From assembly GCA_026770705.1 (NCBI GenBank), contig JANJGN010000071.1, forward strand, positions 1,302,001 to 1,366,000: 64,000 bases of DNA, given 5' to 3'. The DNA comes from Isurus oxyrinchus (lineage: Eukaryota). Under the pieces are notes generated by a model, which was not told where the DNA came from, did not search any database, and saw only the letters and a program-made list of their open reading frames with translations. The number at the start of each line of letters is the position of its first letter. The stretch's first letter is position 1. This document shows positions 1 to 11,159 of this stretch, piece after piece. Made by a program: the position numbers and the translations under genes.

Positions 1-483
1 CAGCTACATGTGTGCATACACACACAAACACACTCACATGTGCAGTAACACAAACACACACATACACACGCGAGAGTTCTCAGTGCTGCACTGGAGTCTC
101 GGTATCAGCTCCGATTCTGTGTTGAAGGAAGGTAAACTCCGGATCAACAAGACCCTGAATTGGATGGAGCAACCTCCTGAACAGAGAATTGTAGATTTAC
201 CCCTCAGTGCTCCCTCAATCAAACATTGCCTGTCAAGCCCTTTGCGAAATCCTGAGGATGTGAAAGCAAACTTCTTTCATTCTAGATGGGCAACACCTCT
301 ACTGGTGGGAGAATGCAACTGCAGTGTGACAGTTTACATAAGCAGTGTCAATTATAAATGTGCCATAAGACCTTATCCTGAGGGAAGTTATCTGCAAATG
401 CATTCGGACATCAGATACAGAGAGATGATGCATGGCGTCTTGTGCACTATGTTGCTCACTTTAAAATCTTTCCATATATTTAG

Positions 484-765
484 ATGCACCATTGAATCTC
501 TCAATTAATTCTCTTGATATGATTAACGCTTCATCGATCAATATAATTGAGGGGAATTCTGCAGTGATAATCTGCTCTGTCGAGAGCTTCCCAGCTTCTA
601 ACCTGACGTGGTGACATCTTAATGTCCAAATGAACAGAACAAGTTCCAACAATGAGCTGTGGTTGGTGATTCCTCACGTTACATCCAGGGACACTGGAGA
701 CTATCAGTGTGTGGCAGAGAATGAACATGGAGCAGTAGAGGGGTTCATAACCATCACTGTGGAAC
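484..765 (+). pseudogene. Siglec-like C2-set Ig exon with in-frame stop (gene A)
   Basis: AG at 482-483 and GT at 766-767; 282 nt, phase 1-1. Reads (D)APLNLSINSLDMINASSINIIEGNSAVIICSVESFPASNLTW*HLNVQMNRTSSNNELWLVIPHVTSRDTGDYQCVAENEHGAVEGFITITVE. TGA at 612-614 where the paralogous exons at 47-49 kb have CGA. Confidence 0.88.
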
Positions 766-1734
766 GTGAGTTAACACAAGCTTCAACATTACTCTCACAT
801 ATACACAGACACACTCATACACACTCATACACACGTGCACACAAACAAGCATTCATGTGCAATCCCACATGTGCACAGGTGTGCACGCCTGTATGCTCAC
901 ACACAGAAGCATACATACAGAATCACACGTGTGCTTGCTCACACACACACAGACATGTGTGAGTTGTCTGTTCTCCCTGTGCTGCACTGGAGTGTTGCTC
1001 CAGATTCTGCTCTGAAACACTGACGACATCAGCTGAACAAGACCCTGTATTGGACGAGCAGCCCCCTGCACAGAGAATTGTAGGTTTATCACTCAATACC
1101 CCATTATTCTAAAGCAATTCCTCCACTGTCAAATCCCTGTGAACATCCTGATGATGTGAAAGACATTTTCTTTTCTTCTAGACCGACAGTGTCTCCTCTG
1201 GTAGATGGCTGTAATTACAGCGTGACAGTTTACATATCCACATGCAGCAAGAGCTGAATAACACTCAGCTTGGGCTGAGACAATTAATGCATCACAATTA
1301 CCAGGCAGTGATCATGTCCAACAAGAGAGAATCTAACCATCTCCCCTTGATGTTCAGTGAGTTTACTATCACTGAATCCCCCACAATCAACATCCTGGGG
1401 GATGTTAACCAAACTACTAACTGGACCGGCCATAAATACTGTGGCTACAGGAGCAGGTCAGAGGCTGGGAATTCTGTGGGTGTGAAAAACTCACCACCAC
1501 CTCCTCAAGGGCAATTAGGGATGGGTAATAAATGCTGGTCTAGATAGATACATCCACTTCCCATGAATGTGCAAAAAGAAAAACACCGGCAGTGACCATT
1601 ATAAAAGTTGACATAGGAACTTAAAACAGGAAAGAACTCTTGAAATGCACATAGACACCAAATAGAGAGAGATGTATCATGGAGTCTTGCTGTGCACTGT
1701 GTTTGCTGACAATGAAACCTTTATTTGTATTTAG

Positions 1735-2016
1735 ATGCACCACGGAACCCATCAATTACTTCTCTTGATATGATTAACGCTTCATCGATCAATATAATTG
1801 AGGGAAATGCTGCAGTGATAATCTGCTCTGTCGAAAGCTTCCCAGCTTCTAACCTGACGTGGTGACATCTTAATGTCCCAATGAACAGAACAAGTTCCAA
1901 CAATGAGCTGTGGTTGGTGATTCCTCACGTTACATCCAGGGACACTGGAGACTATCAGTGTGCGGCAGAGAATGAACATGGAGCAGTGGAGGGATTTATA
2001 ACCATCACTGTGGAAC
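1735..2016 (+). pseudogene. Second tandem C2-set Ig exon with the same stop and a lost splice donor (gene A)
   Basis: Near-identical to 484-765; TGA at 1863-1865 is the same codon; donor reads ATGAG instead of GTGAG at 2017. Confidence 0.88.
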
Positions 2017-2049
2017 ATGAGTTACACAGAATTGAACGTTCTCGTGTTA

Positions 2050-3085
2050 TTAGCTCATGGGATGTGGGCATTGTTGACAAGACCAGAAATTATTGCCCAT
2101 CTGTAACTGCCCCTTGAGAAGGTGGTGGTGAGCTGCCTTCTTTAACCACTGCAGTCCATGTGGTGTAGGCGCACCCACAGTGCTGTTAGGGAGGGAGTTC
2201 CAGGATTTTGTCCCAGTGATGGTGAAGGAACGGCCGATATATTTCCAAGTCCCAGGGCAGACCACCACCTCAAGTTCGCTTCCAAGTCACACACCTCACT
2301 GACTTGGAACTGTCTTGGTGGAAGAGGTTAAGAGTTTGGAAGGTGCTGTCGAAGGAGCCTTGGTGAGTTGCTGCAGTGCATCTTGTAGATGGTGCACACT
2401 GCTGCCATTGTGTGCCAGTGGTGGAGGGTATGAATGTTTATGCTGGTGGATGGGCTGTCGATCAAACAAGCTGCTCCTGGATGGTGTCGAGCTTCTTGAG
2501 TGTTGTTGGAGCTGCACTTATTCAGGCAATTGCAGATTATTCCATCACACTCCTGACTTGTGCCTTGTCAACGGTGGACAGGCTTTGGAGAGTCAGGAGT
2601 TGAATTACTCACCACAGAGTTCCCAGCCTCTTACCCGCATTTGTAGCCACACTATTTCCAGTTGCTGGGTTGTTGCCAGGGCCAATAGTCTTTGCTGTAT
2701 CCAGTATCATCAGCTGATTCCTGATGTCACGTGGAGTCAATCGAATTGTCTGAAAGCTGACATCTGTGATGCTGGGACCCTCTGGAGGAGGCCAAGATGG
2801 ATCATCCACTCAGCACTTCTGGCTGAACATGGTTGCCAATGCTTCAGCCTTGTCGTTTGCACTGATGTGCTGAGCTCCCCCATCATTAAGGATGGGGATA
2901 TTTGTGGAACATCCTCCTCCTGTTAGATCTTTAGTTGTCCATCACCCTTCATGACTGGATGTGGCAGGACTGCAGAGCTTAGATCTGACCCGTTGGTTGT
3001 GGGATCGCTTTGCTCTGTCTATAGCATGTTGTTTCCGCTGTTTGGTGTGTATGTAGTCCAGTGTGTCACCTCAGCAGCTTGGCAC
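2050..3085 (-). mobile_element. Degenerate CR1-type LINE fragments
   Basis: Shares sequence with the RT-bearing LINE pieces at 22.6-23.7 kb, 41.6-42.7 kb and 56-58 kb (e.g. gagcttcttgagtgttgttggagctgcac). Confidence 0.7.
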
Positions 3086-3280
3086 CTCTGTTATATGTGA
3101 ATCCTCCTTATAGAAACCTGCATGTACATGGATATTATCAATAAATATTACATAGATAAATGTTATTTGTATAGACCTTTCATGCATAGACAATATCACT
3201 TCACAAGTTCAGAATTACTACATGTACATAGGGAACCATTCTCAAACTGTACCGGAGTCATTCATTGGCTGATTTTACAG

Positions 3281-3377
3281 GGCGAGATTCCAATGAATGG
3301 AAAGCAGGATTGCTTGGAGCTGGAATCTGTTTGAGTGTTGGACTGAGTGGATTCTTCATCTTCAAGTGTGTGAGAAA
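3281..3377 (+). CDS. Transmembrane exon of Siglec-like gene A
   Basis: ttttacAG acceptor and GTAAGT donor; 97 nt, phase 1-2; RDSNEWKAGLLGAGICLSVGLSGFFIFKCVRK. Same length as, and homologous to, the TM exon at 46324-46420. Confidence 0.82.
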
Positions 3378-4019
3378 GTAAGTGTGAAGGTTTAATTGGT
3401 TGTTTTTGAACATGTTTTCTTCAACCTTCTCTCCTTATAGAAAGAACTTGCATTTCTATAGCACCTTTTACAACCCAAAACGCTTCACAGCCCCTGAAGA
3501 GCTTTGATGTTCACCTACTGTTTAACATCTCATCCAACACTCACTGTTTCACAACTCAGTCCTGTAACAGGCAGTGTTGACCCGGACCATAAGATACCTT
3601 GTGACCTCCTGAGTTTGTGAAAGGTGCTATATAAATGAAAACCTTTCTTTTGTTAGTGAATACAATCTCTTTCCTTTTTCCATGTTTCATTCACTCTCTC
3701 TTACCTCCACTAATGCTCTCTTCTCATTCTCTCTCTCATTCACTCTCTCTCCAATCTCCACTAATGCTCTCCTTCTCATTCTCTCTCTCGTCCTCTTACA
3801 TGTTGTTCAGTCTCTCACATTTTTAAGGAGCGCTGAGCAACATCTGCTCCTTCAGAAGATCCACCTCAACACCTGGATTGAGCAGTGAATTGAAACTCGC
3901 TCACCGACTGCTCAGCTTTACACAGGAATCACGTCACAGAGTCAGGACACAAAGGGTTAACAGTTTGTTTACAACACAACACTAAGGCCCTACGTTTCAG
4001 TGAAAGGGTTTTCACAATT

Positions 4020-4165
4020 GTTCCCCAATTCCTGATTTGACTCACAGAGACACATCAACCCTTTCTCATTAAATACACAGAGGGAGCAGCACAGGAAGAG
4101 GTCATTCAGCCCAAGCAGAGCGTGTGGGCAGTTCCTCCCCAGGCGAGCAGTCGGACAGGTCCTGG
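4020..4165 (+). other. Promoter/exon-1-like module, copy 1 (85-nt exon-like block 4081-4165)
   Basis: Near-identical to 7255-7397 and 9462-9604; ends in GG|GTAAGT; TGACTCA upstream. Confidence 0.55.
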
Positions 4166-4339
4166 GTAAGTAACGGAACGATTGGAATTCACTTCCATGA
4201 CCAACACCGTCCTTTGTTGATGTTGTGACTTTATAAAGACAGATTCCAATGATTGATGCCTTTGAAAGATTTCTACTGATTATTGAGATCTGGGTGTGAG
4301 GCTCAAGTCTGTTGTACAGAACATCTTTCTGGTTAAATT

Positions 4340-4610
4340 ATGCAGACAGGTTACACACAGTCTACGATTATATTCCCTCGGGCCTAGAAGATTAAGGAGT
4401 GATCTAATTGAGGGGTTCAAACTGATTAAACACTCGATAGGGTCGATAGAGAGAAGCTATTCCCTCAGGTGGGGGTGGGTGGTGGGGGTCGGGTGGAGTC
4501 CAGAACAAGGGGGCCGGAACTTCAGATTGGAGCCAGGCCGTTCAGGGGTGATGTCAGGAAGTACTTCTTCACACAAAGGGGAGTGGAAATCTGGAACTCT
4601 CTCCCCAATA
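4340..4610 (+). mobile_element. CR1 LINE 3' fragment
   Basis: LYSLGPRRLRSDLIEGFKLIK and ttcttcacacaaaggggagtggaaatctggaactctct are typical of the CR1 ORF2 C-terminus. Confidence 0.75.
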
Positions 4611-4676
4611 ATCAAACCCAACACCCAATACACATCATGTTGATTGTCACTCTGTCCATTTCCATCTCTATTACAG

Positions 4677-4781
4677 AAGAGAGGCGAGGGGAAAGCAGGA
4701 ATCAAATCGAACCACCGTGTTGATGAATATCGAGGTCCTGTTTATGAAAACTGTGAGCGTGGTTGGGCTTTGAGGAATCAG
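4677..4781 (+). CDS. Cytoplasmic-tail exon with YEN motif (probably gene A)
   Basis: ctattacAG acceptor and GTGAGT donor; 105 nt, phase 0-0; KRGEGKAGIKSNHRVDEYRGPVYENCERGWALRNQ. Confidence 0.65.
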
Positions 4782-4913
4782 GTGAGTCACACACCACAGG
4801 ATCACCAGCCTCTCAGCTGCTCCAGTAGCCAGGTTATTGATATGGCTGCTCCAGTCCTGTATCTGCAATGTTTTATACAGTCACTCCCAAACCCAACCAA
4901 ACTCACACCCAAC

Positions 4914-5483
4914 ACCGTTCAGAATCAATAATCAAACCCCGATCAGTATCAATAATCAAACCCCATTCAGAATCAATAATCAAACCCCGTTCAGTATCAA
5001 TAATCAAACCCCGTTCAGTATCAATAATCAAACCCCGTTCAGAATCAATAATCAAACGCCATTCAGTATCAATAATCAAACCCCGTTCAGTATCAATAAT
5101 CAAACCCGTTCAGAATCAATAATCAAACCCCATTCAGTATCAATAATCAAACCCCGTTCAATATCAATAAGCAAACCCCGTTCAGTATCAATAATCAAAC
5201 CCCGTTCAGTATCAATAATCAAACCCCGATCAGTATCAATAAACAAACCCCATTCTGTATCAATAATCAAACCCCGTTCAGAATCAATAATCAAACCCCG
5301 TTCAGTATCAATTATCAAACCCCGTTCAGAATCAATAATCAAACCCTGTTCAGAATCAATAATCAAACCTCGTTCAGTATCAATAATCAAATCCCGTTCA
5401 GAATCAATAATCAAACCCCGTTCAGAATCAATAATCAAACCCCGTTCAGTATCAATAATCAAACCCTGTTCAGTATCAATAAT
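4914..5483. repeat. 24-bp minisatellite (aaccccgttcagtatcaataatca)n
   Basis: About 23 directly visible copies; the source of the spurious periodic ORFs. Confidence 0.95.
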
Positions 5484-5581
5484 TAATGTATCCATTGTGG
5501 GTGGAATTTTCGATTTGGATCAATAATACTAAACACTGATCACTCTGATTGTCACTCTGATCATTTCTGTTTCTATTACAG

Positions 5582-5698
5582 AAGAAAGATGAGAAGGATC
5601 TGGAAATGAAATCTAACCGCGGAGTCAATCCTGATACAGATGATGATCTTTACGCAAACTGTGAATTTGCCAAGGATTCTGTTTATGGGAATTTATAA
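5582..5698 (+). CDS. Terminal cytoplasmic exon with two Tyr motifs (probably gene A)
   Basis: ctattacAG acceptor, phase 0; KKDEKDLEMKSNRGVNPDTDDDLYANCEFAKDSVYGNL* (TAA 5696-5698). Its acceptor region and 5' part resemble exon 4677-4781. Confidence 0.68.
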   Translation, partial: KKDEKDLEMKSNRGVNPDTDDDLYANCEFAKDSVYGNL

Positions 5699-7254
5699 AC
5701 TGAGCAAGAATGAGACACACACAGTGTGGGGAGAATACAGAACGGGAGAATCATTCAAAACTCCAATTTACCTTCCTAATATCCACAGGAACTCACTCAC
5801 AGGAAATAGATTTAAACGTCTTGTTACAATCTGATGGAATTTCTTCGGAATGATCTATCCAGGATGATTGTCTGTGGGTTTCAATTCGAACATCCTCCTT
5901 CAGATTTGTCCCTCCCTGTTGGAAACATCCTTCTCTCCATTCTGATTGTAAATGTCTTTGGATATCGTTCGATGATGTACCAGGACAGAACGGACAAATT
6001 CAATCCCGTGTCCATGATTATGAGTTAATTTTCATTCTGTTATTCACCTTCCTGTCAGTCAGTGTTTACAGAATATTCATCAGCCAGTGTAGACTTCAGG
6101 AAATGCAGGATCGGTGGATAATTGGAGCAGAGGAGATAGGCAAAATTTACTCAGCATTTTGTAATCAAATGTATTTTCAGATATATATTTGGATTTTACA
6201 CTTCATCGTTATCAGCAAAACTAACAGCAATCTGGGAAACAGGGAAACAATTTTTTTGGAGGTTTGAGAAATTCTCTGCAGCTCAGAGGAGAACAGATGT
6301 GCTACAGTGCCACCACTGGTGGGAGGACATCATTTCAGCGTGACATGTTTACATTGATGTTGCCAGTGAACATAGGAAATTATGATGTGAAAAATTGGTT
6401 GCAGGTTTACCTTCTTCAGAAGTTCATGGATGGATGAGACAGCTTTGATAACAGAATGAGATATAGCTGCAATAAACCTCAATTTTAGTCTTTCACACTT
6501 GGAGAGTACAATTAGCATCCATTCTGAAGGCTGAGTGGATGGGTGGACTGTGCGATGTGTTTCAGATCACAGAGACCAACATCCTTGATCCTGGTTCTGC
6601 TCTATGTTTGATGACATTCTTGGATAAAAGATTGGGAAAATAAATAATCCTCCTGCATTGATCTGTAACTGGTCTCTCCATCTGTCAATGTCCTGAGGAG
6701 AGAATTGGGTTTGAGGTCCAAAATCAGATGCATACTTTGACTGCCCATTGAATAGGAACAGGAGGAGGCCATTCAGCCCCCTCGAACCTGCTACACAGGA
6801 ACAAGAGAGCACCTGAAATAAAAACAGAAAATGCTGGAGAAACTGAGTAGGTCTGGCAGCATCTGAGGAGAGATAAACAGAATTAACATTTCGAGTCCGT
6901 ATGACCCTTCTTCAGAGTCTATAAGCAAAAACTCTGTTTCTCTCTCCACAGCTGCTGCCAGACCTGCTGAGTTAAGGCAACATTTTTCATTTTTATTGAA
7001 GATTTACAACATCTGCAGTATTTATTTTTAATGAGAGGAGGACATTCAGCCCCGCGACCCTGTTACACAGGAACAGGAGGAGGCCATTCAGCCCCCTCAA
7101 GCCTGTTACACAAGAACAGGAGGAGGCCCGTTCAACCACCTCGAGCTTAAAGCATGTGAACAGTCGATGGCCCTTCAGCCACATTCTTGGCACACAAAGG
7201 GTTAACAGTTTTCTAACTGTGCGAGGCAAAGAGATGCTTTCTAACTTGGTACTA

Positions 7255-7397
7255 ACCACTTCCTCATTTTGTCTCACAGTGACACATCAACCCTTTCTCA
7301 TTAAACACACAGAGGGAGCAGCACAGGAAGAGGTCATTCAGCCCAAGCAGAGCGTGTGGGCAGTTCCTCCCCAGGCGAGCAGTCGGACAGGTACTGG
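7255..7397 (+). promoter_or_regulatory. Promoter and non-coding exon 1, copy 2 (ETS/PU.1-like ACTTCCTC)
   Basis: ACTTCCTC at ~7258; exon-like 7313-7397 with GTAAGT donor; about 410 nt upstream of a signal-peptide exon. Confidence 0.55.
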
Positions 7398-7840
7398 GTA
7401 AGTAACGGAACGATTGGAATTCACTTCCACCACCAACACCGTCCTTTGTTGATGTTGTGACTTTATAAAGACAGATTCCAATGATTGATGCCTTTGAAAG
7501 ATTTCTACTGATTATTGAGATCTGCGTGTGAGGTTCAAGTCTGTTGTACAGAACATCTTTCTAGCTCAAGGGATGAGGGAAGAGCAGGGACATGAGCTTT
7601 GGGGTGTCCTGAGCAGGTGAAAGGCGACATAGAAATGCAACTCCTTCATTGTTTTACTTTCTTAAAGCCTTGTAACTCTCTGCAGAGCAACTATCATCCC
7701 ACAGAGAATCAAATTAGTCTGTGAAGACATTGTCTAAAAGCAGTTCTGATCTCTCGAGGGGTGTCGGACAAGAGGTGAGGTCTCGTTAACTCCTTTCTCT
7801 TTCACAGCTTGAGAACCAATGAAATACCTGGGAGTGGACA

Positions 7841-7880
7841 ATGATCAGGAAATCTTACTTCCTCCTGTCACTTCTCCAAG
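7841..7880 (+). CDS. Signal-peptide (leader) exon, copy 1
   Basis: Exon 7808-7880 (tttcacAG ... GTAAT); ATG 7841 gives MIRKSYFLLSLLQ+G (phase 1), compatible with the V exon at 15524; out-of-frame upstream ATG at 7819. Confidence 0.75.
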
Positions 7881-8664
7881 GTAATATCATTGTCAGCTCG
7901 GATAGATTTATGGCTAATCATCTTTGTAAAACATAATTCTTATTGAGCTCTGATTGGGAACAGATTCAGCAGTGAGCCAGTGTACAATCTCACACCAAGT
8001 CCCATTCACCCATCACCCCTGTGCTCACTGATATACACTGACTCCCTGTCTGACAGCAGAATTGGAGGAGAGCAGAGGACTATGAGGTTTGCATGGTTGG
8101 AGGAGAAAGTGATTGGAGAAGAGGAATGGAGGGAATGGAAATTGAGGATGAGAGTCTTAAACTCGATTCTCTGCTGGTCTGGGAGCCAGTGCAGGTCAGC
8201 GAGTGGCAGAGGGTGTGAGGTGTTGAGTTGAGAAACAGTGATAAATACTGGGGGATGAAGTCTATCCTGATGCTTGGATGCCGATAGCAATGGAATGAAA
8301 TTTGTGTCTTTTCCTGATTTTAATCAGAATTTCCCATGAAGACAGCACAGCAGCTCCTAGAATAGACAGGCTGTTCAGTGCCACACTTCCTGTCCATTCT
8401 CACCTTGCTAGATACTTCAATAAGGGAGCAAGATAACTGAAAGAGAGAAGGAAGGTAAAGCTGTCCGTGTGTAAAGGTGTCAATATTCAGTTTGCATATT
8501 TGTCTTTCACTCGACACATGCAGAGCTCAGGCTAGAGGCACTTTGTTAGTGTGTTTCACAGTGTCTGCTGGAGTAGGGTCAGTGCTGAGCTTGGGGACAA
8601 GTCAGTCTACAATGCTGCATCGGAATCAACAATACAACAATATGGGGTTTGGATCAGAAATAAT

Positions 8665-8902
8665 CCCTTAGACAATGAGGATCCAAAGAGATTCCTTAGA
8701 CAATGAGGATCCAAAGAGATTCCTTAGACAATGAGGATCCAAAGAGATTCCTTAAACAATGAGGATCCAAAAAGATTCCTTAGACAATGAGGATCCAAAG
8801 AGATTCCTCAGACAATGTGGATCCAAAGAGATTCCTTAGACAATGAGGATCCAAAGAGATTCCTTAGACAATGAGGATCCAAAGAGATTCCTTAGACAAT
8901 GA
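8665..8902. repeat. 28-bp minisatellite (ccttagacaatgaggatccaaagagatt)n
   Basis: About 8.5 near-perfect copies. Confidence 0.95.
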
Positions 8903-9049
8903 ACATACAAAGTGCACCAATCAGATTGAATCAGATTAACCAATCAGCTGTGTTGAAGAGCAGACAGGAATGTTAGGCTAATTAGTGATTCATGACGGTG
9001 ATAATGGCGGGAGTTCTGAGGGCTCCTAATCCATTGTCCTGTCTTGTAA

Positions 9050-9237
9050 ATCAGCACCTTAATACTGACCCTCCAACAGTGCAGCACTCCCTCAGTACTG
9101 ATCCTCCAACATTGCAGCACTCCCTGATTAATGTCCCTCTGACACTGCAGCACTCCCTCAGTACTGACCTTACAATAGTGCAACACTCGCTCAGTAATGA
9201 CCATCCGACAGTGCAGCACTCCCTCAGTACTGACACT
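9050..9237. repeat. 33-bp satellite (cagtgcagcactccctcagtactgaccctccga)n
   Basis: Same unit recurs at ~20633-20850, 26715-26980, 28985-29328, 34570-34680, 36726-37010, 44600-44968, 50575-50890, 52675-52905 and 59425-60270. Confidence 0.9.
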
Positions 9238-9461
9238 GGGGAGTTTCAGTCTACTCTGTGGGGCAGACGTCCCCTGAATCGGGTCTTGAACCCCACAACA
9301 TTCTGACCCCCTGAATTTGGCTGTGAAACCCACTGACCCACAGGAGAAATTCCTGGTCAATGACTGTCCACCTGTGAGCAGAAATATCACCACAGGGTCA
9401 GGACACAAAGGGTTAACAGTTCACCAACATCTCAAAACATGAGCTGCTCTGTCACTTTGAT

Positions 9462-9604
9462 CCAACTTCCTCATTTTGACTCACAGAGACACATCCACCC
9501 TTTCTAATTAAACACACAGAGGGAGCAGCACAGGAAGAGGTCATTCAGCCCAAGCAGAGCGTGTGGGCAGTTCCTCCCCAGGTGAGCAGTTGGACAGGTA
9601 CTGG
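9462..9604 (+). promoter_or_regulatory. Promoter and non-coding exon 1, copy 3 (ACTTCCTC plus AP-1 TGACTCA)
   Basis: acttcctcattttgactcac at ~9465-9484; exon-like 9520-9604 with GTAAGT donor. Confidence 0.58.
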
Positions 9605-10054
9605 GTAAGTAACGGAACGATTGGAATTCACTTCCACCACCAACACCGTCCTTTGTTGATGTTGTGACTTTATAAAGACAGATTCCAATGATTGATGCCT
9701 TTGAAAGATTTCTACTGATTATTGAGATCAGGGTGTGAGGCTCAGGTCTGTTGTACAGAACATCTTTCTAGCTCAAAGGATGAGGGAGGTGCAGGGACAT
9801 GAGCTTTGGGACATCCTGAGGTGGTGAAAGGTGCTATAGAAATGCAAGTCCTTCATTGATTTATTTTTTTAAAGCTTTTTAACTCTCTGCGGAGCACCTA
9901 TCATCCCACAGAGAACCAAATTAGTCTGTGAAGACATTGTCTAAAAGCAGTTCTGATCTCTTGAGAGCTGTCGGACAAGAGGTGAGGTCTCATTAACTCC
10001 TTTCTCTTTCACAGTTTAAGAGTCAGAAGCTAAAGGAATATCTGGGAGTGGACA

Positions 10055-10094
10055 ATGATCGGGAAATCTTACTTCCTCCTGTCACTTCTCCAAG
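10055..10094 (+). CDS. Signal-peptide (leader) exon, copy 2 (gene B)
   Basis: Exon 10015-10094; MIGKSYFLLSLLQ+G; splices in frame to the V exon to give MIGKSYFLLSLLQVGLSQEWKG... Confidence 0.8.
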
Positions 10095-11159
10095 GTAATA
10101 ACATCATCAGCTTGGACAGATTTATGGTGAATAGTCTTTGTAAAAGAACATTCTTATTGAGCTGTGATAGGGAACCGATTCAGCAGTGAGCCAGTGTACA
10201 AACTCACACCAAGTCCCATTCACCCATCACCCCTGTGCTCACTGATATACGCTGACTCCCTGTCTGACAGCAGAATTGGAGGACAGCAGAGACCTCAAAG
10301 GGTTTCAGGGCTGGAGGAGGTGACAGTGACAGGGAGTAGAGAGGGAGGATGGAGGGATAAGGAATCAATGAAGAGATTTTGAAAATTGAGTCAGTGCTGG
10401 ACTGGGAGCCAGTGTTGGTCAGCGAGTGACAGAGGAGCGATCGGCTGAATAGAGAAGCAGGGATAAAAACTGGGGGATGAAGTCTATCCTGATGCAAGCA
10501 CTCCGATGTCAATGCCCTGAAATTTTTCTCTCTTGCTGATTTTCATCAGAATTTCCCATGAAGACAACACAGAAGCTCTTAGATTAGACAGGCAGTTCAG
10601 CGTCACACTTCCTGTCCCTTCTCACCATGCTAGAAAATTCGATAAGATAGCAAGATAACTGATAGAGAGAAGGGAGGCAAAGCTGTCTGTATGTAAAACT
10701 GTCAAATATTCTGAGTTATCATGATTGTTTCTGATCTGCTGCAGAGTTTATATTTAACAGAATCTGAGCACTTTGCAGCTCAGAGAGAGACCATTGACTC
10801 ACTGCCTGAAAGGCCGGTGGAAGCAGATTCAACAGGAACTTTCAGAAGGGGAACTGGATAAATACTTGAAGGGGACATTTTGCAGGGTTGTGGAGGAGAG
10901 AGTAGAGGTTAGAGTGGGACTTATTGGACAGATCTATCAAAGGCCCAGCACAGGCTCGATGGGCCAAATGGCTTCCATCAGTTCCGGATCATTCTACAAT
11001 CCGATAAATTAAGTCTCTTATCAGTAACTCTTCAGGCTCCTGCTGCAGGAATGGATCTTTCATAAGGGCAGGGAACAAGCGGTTTCTCATATCATGTTCA
11101 TATTTATTGACAATTACATAAGTGCATGGAACTGTTGAATATTTGAGTCTCTAAAGTGT

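Noticed and set aside
612-614. In-frame TGA as selenocysteine or programmed readthrough
   Set aside because: Paralogues have Arg (CGA), not Cys; simple CpG transition; no SECIS evidence.
3829-3888. Possible alternative terminal exon after the TM exon (SAEQHLLLQKIHLNTWIEQ*)
   Set aside because: Phase-compatible acceptor after a CT-rich tract, but no motif or paralogue support; left uncalled.
4837-5526. 229-aa repetitive ORF and CRISPR-like appearance
   Set aside because: Head-to-tail 24-bp minisatellite with no unique spacers, in a eukaryotic context.
8665-8902. 28-bp direct repeats resembling a CRISPR array
   Set aside because: No spacers and no cas genes.
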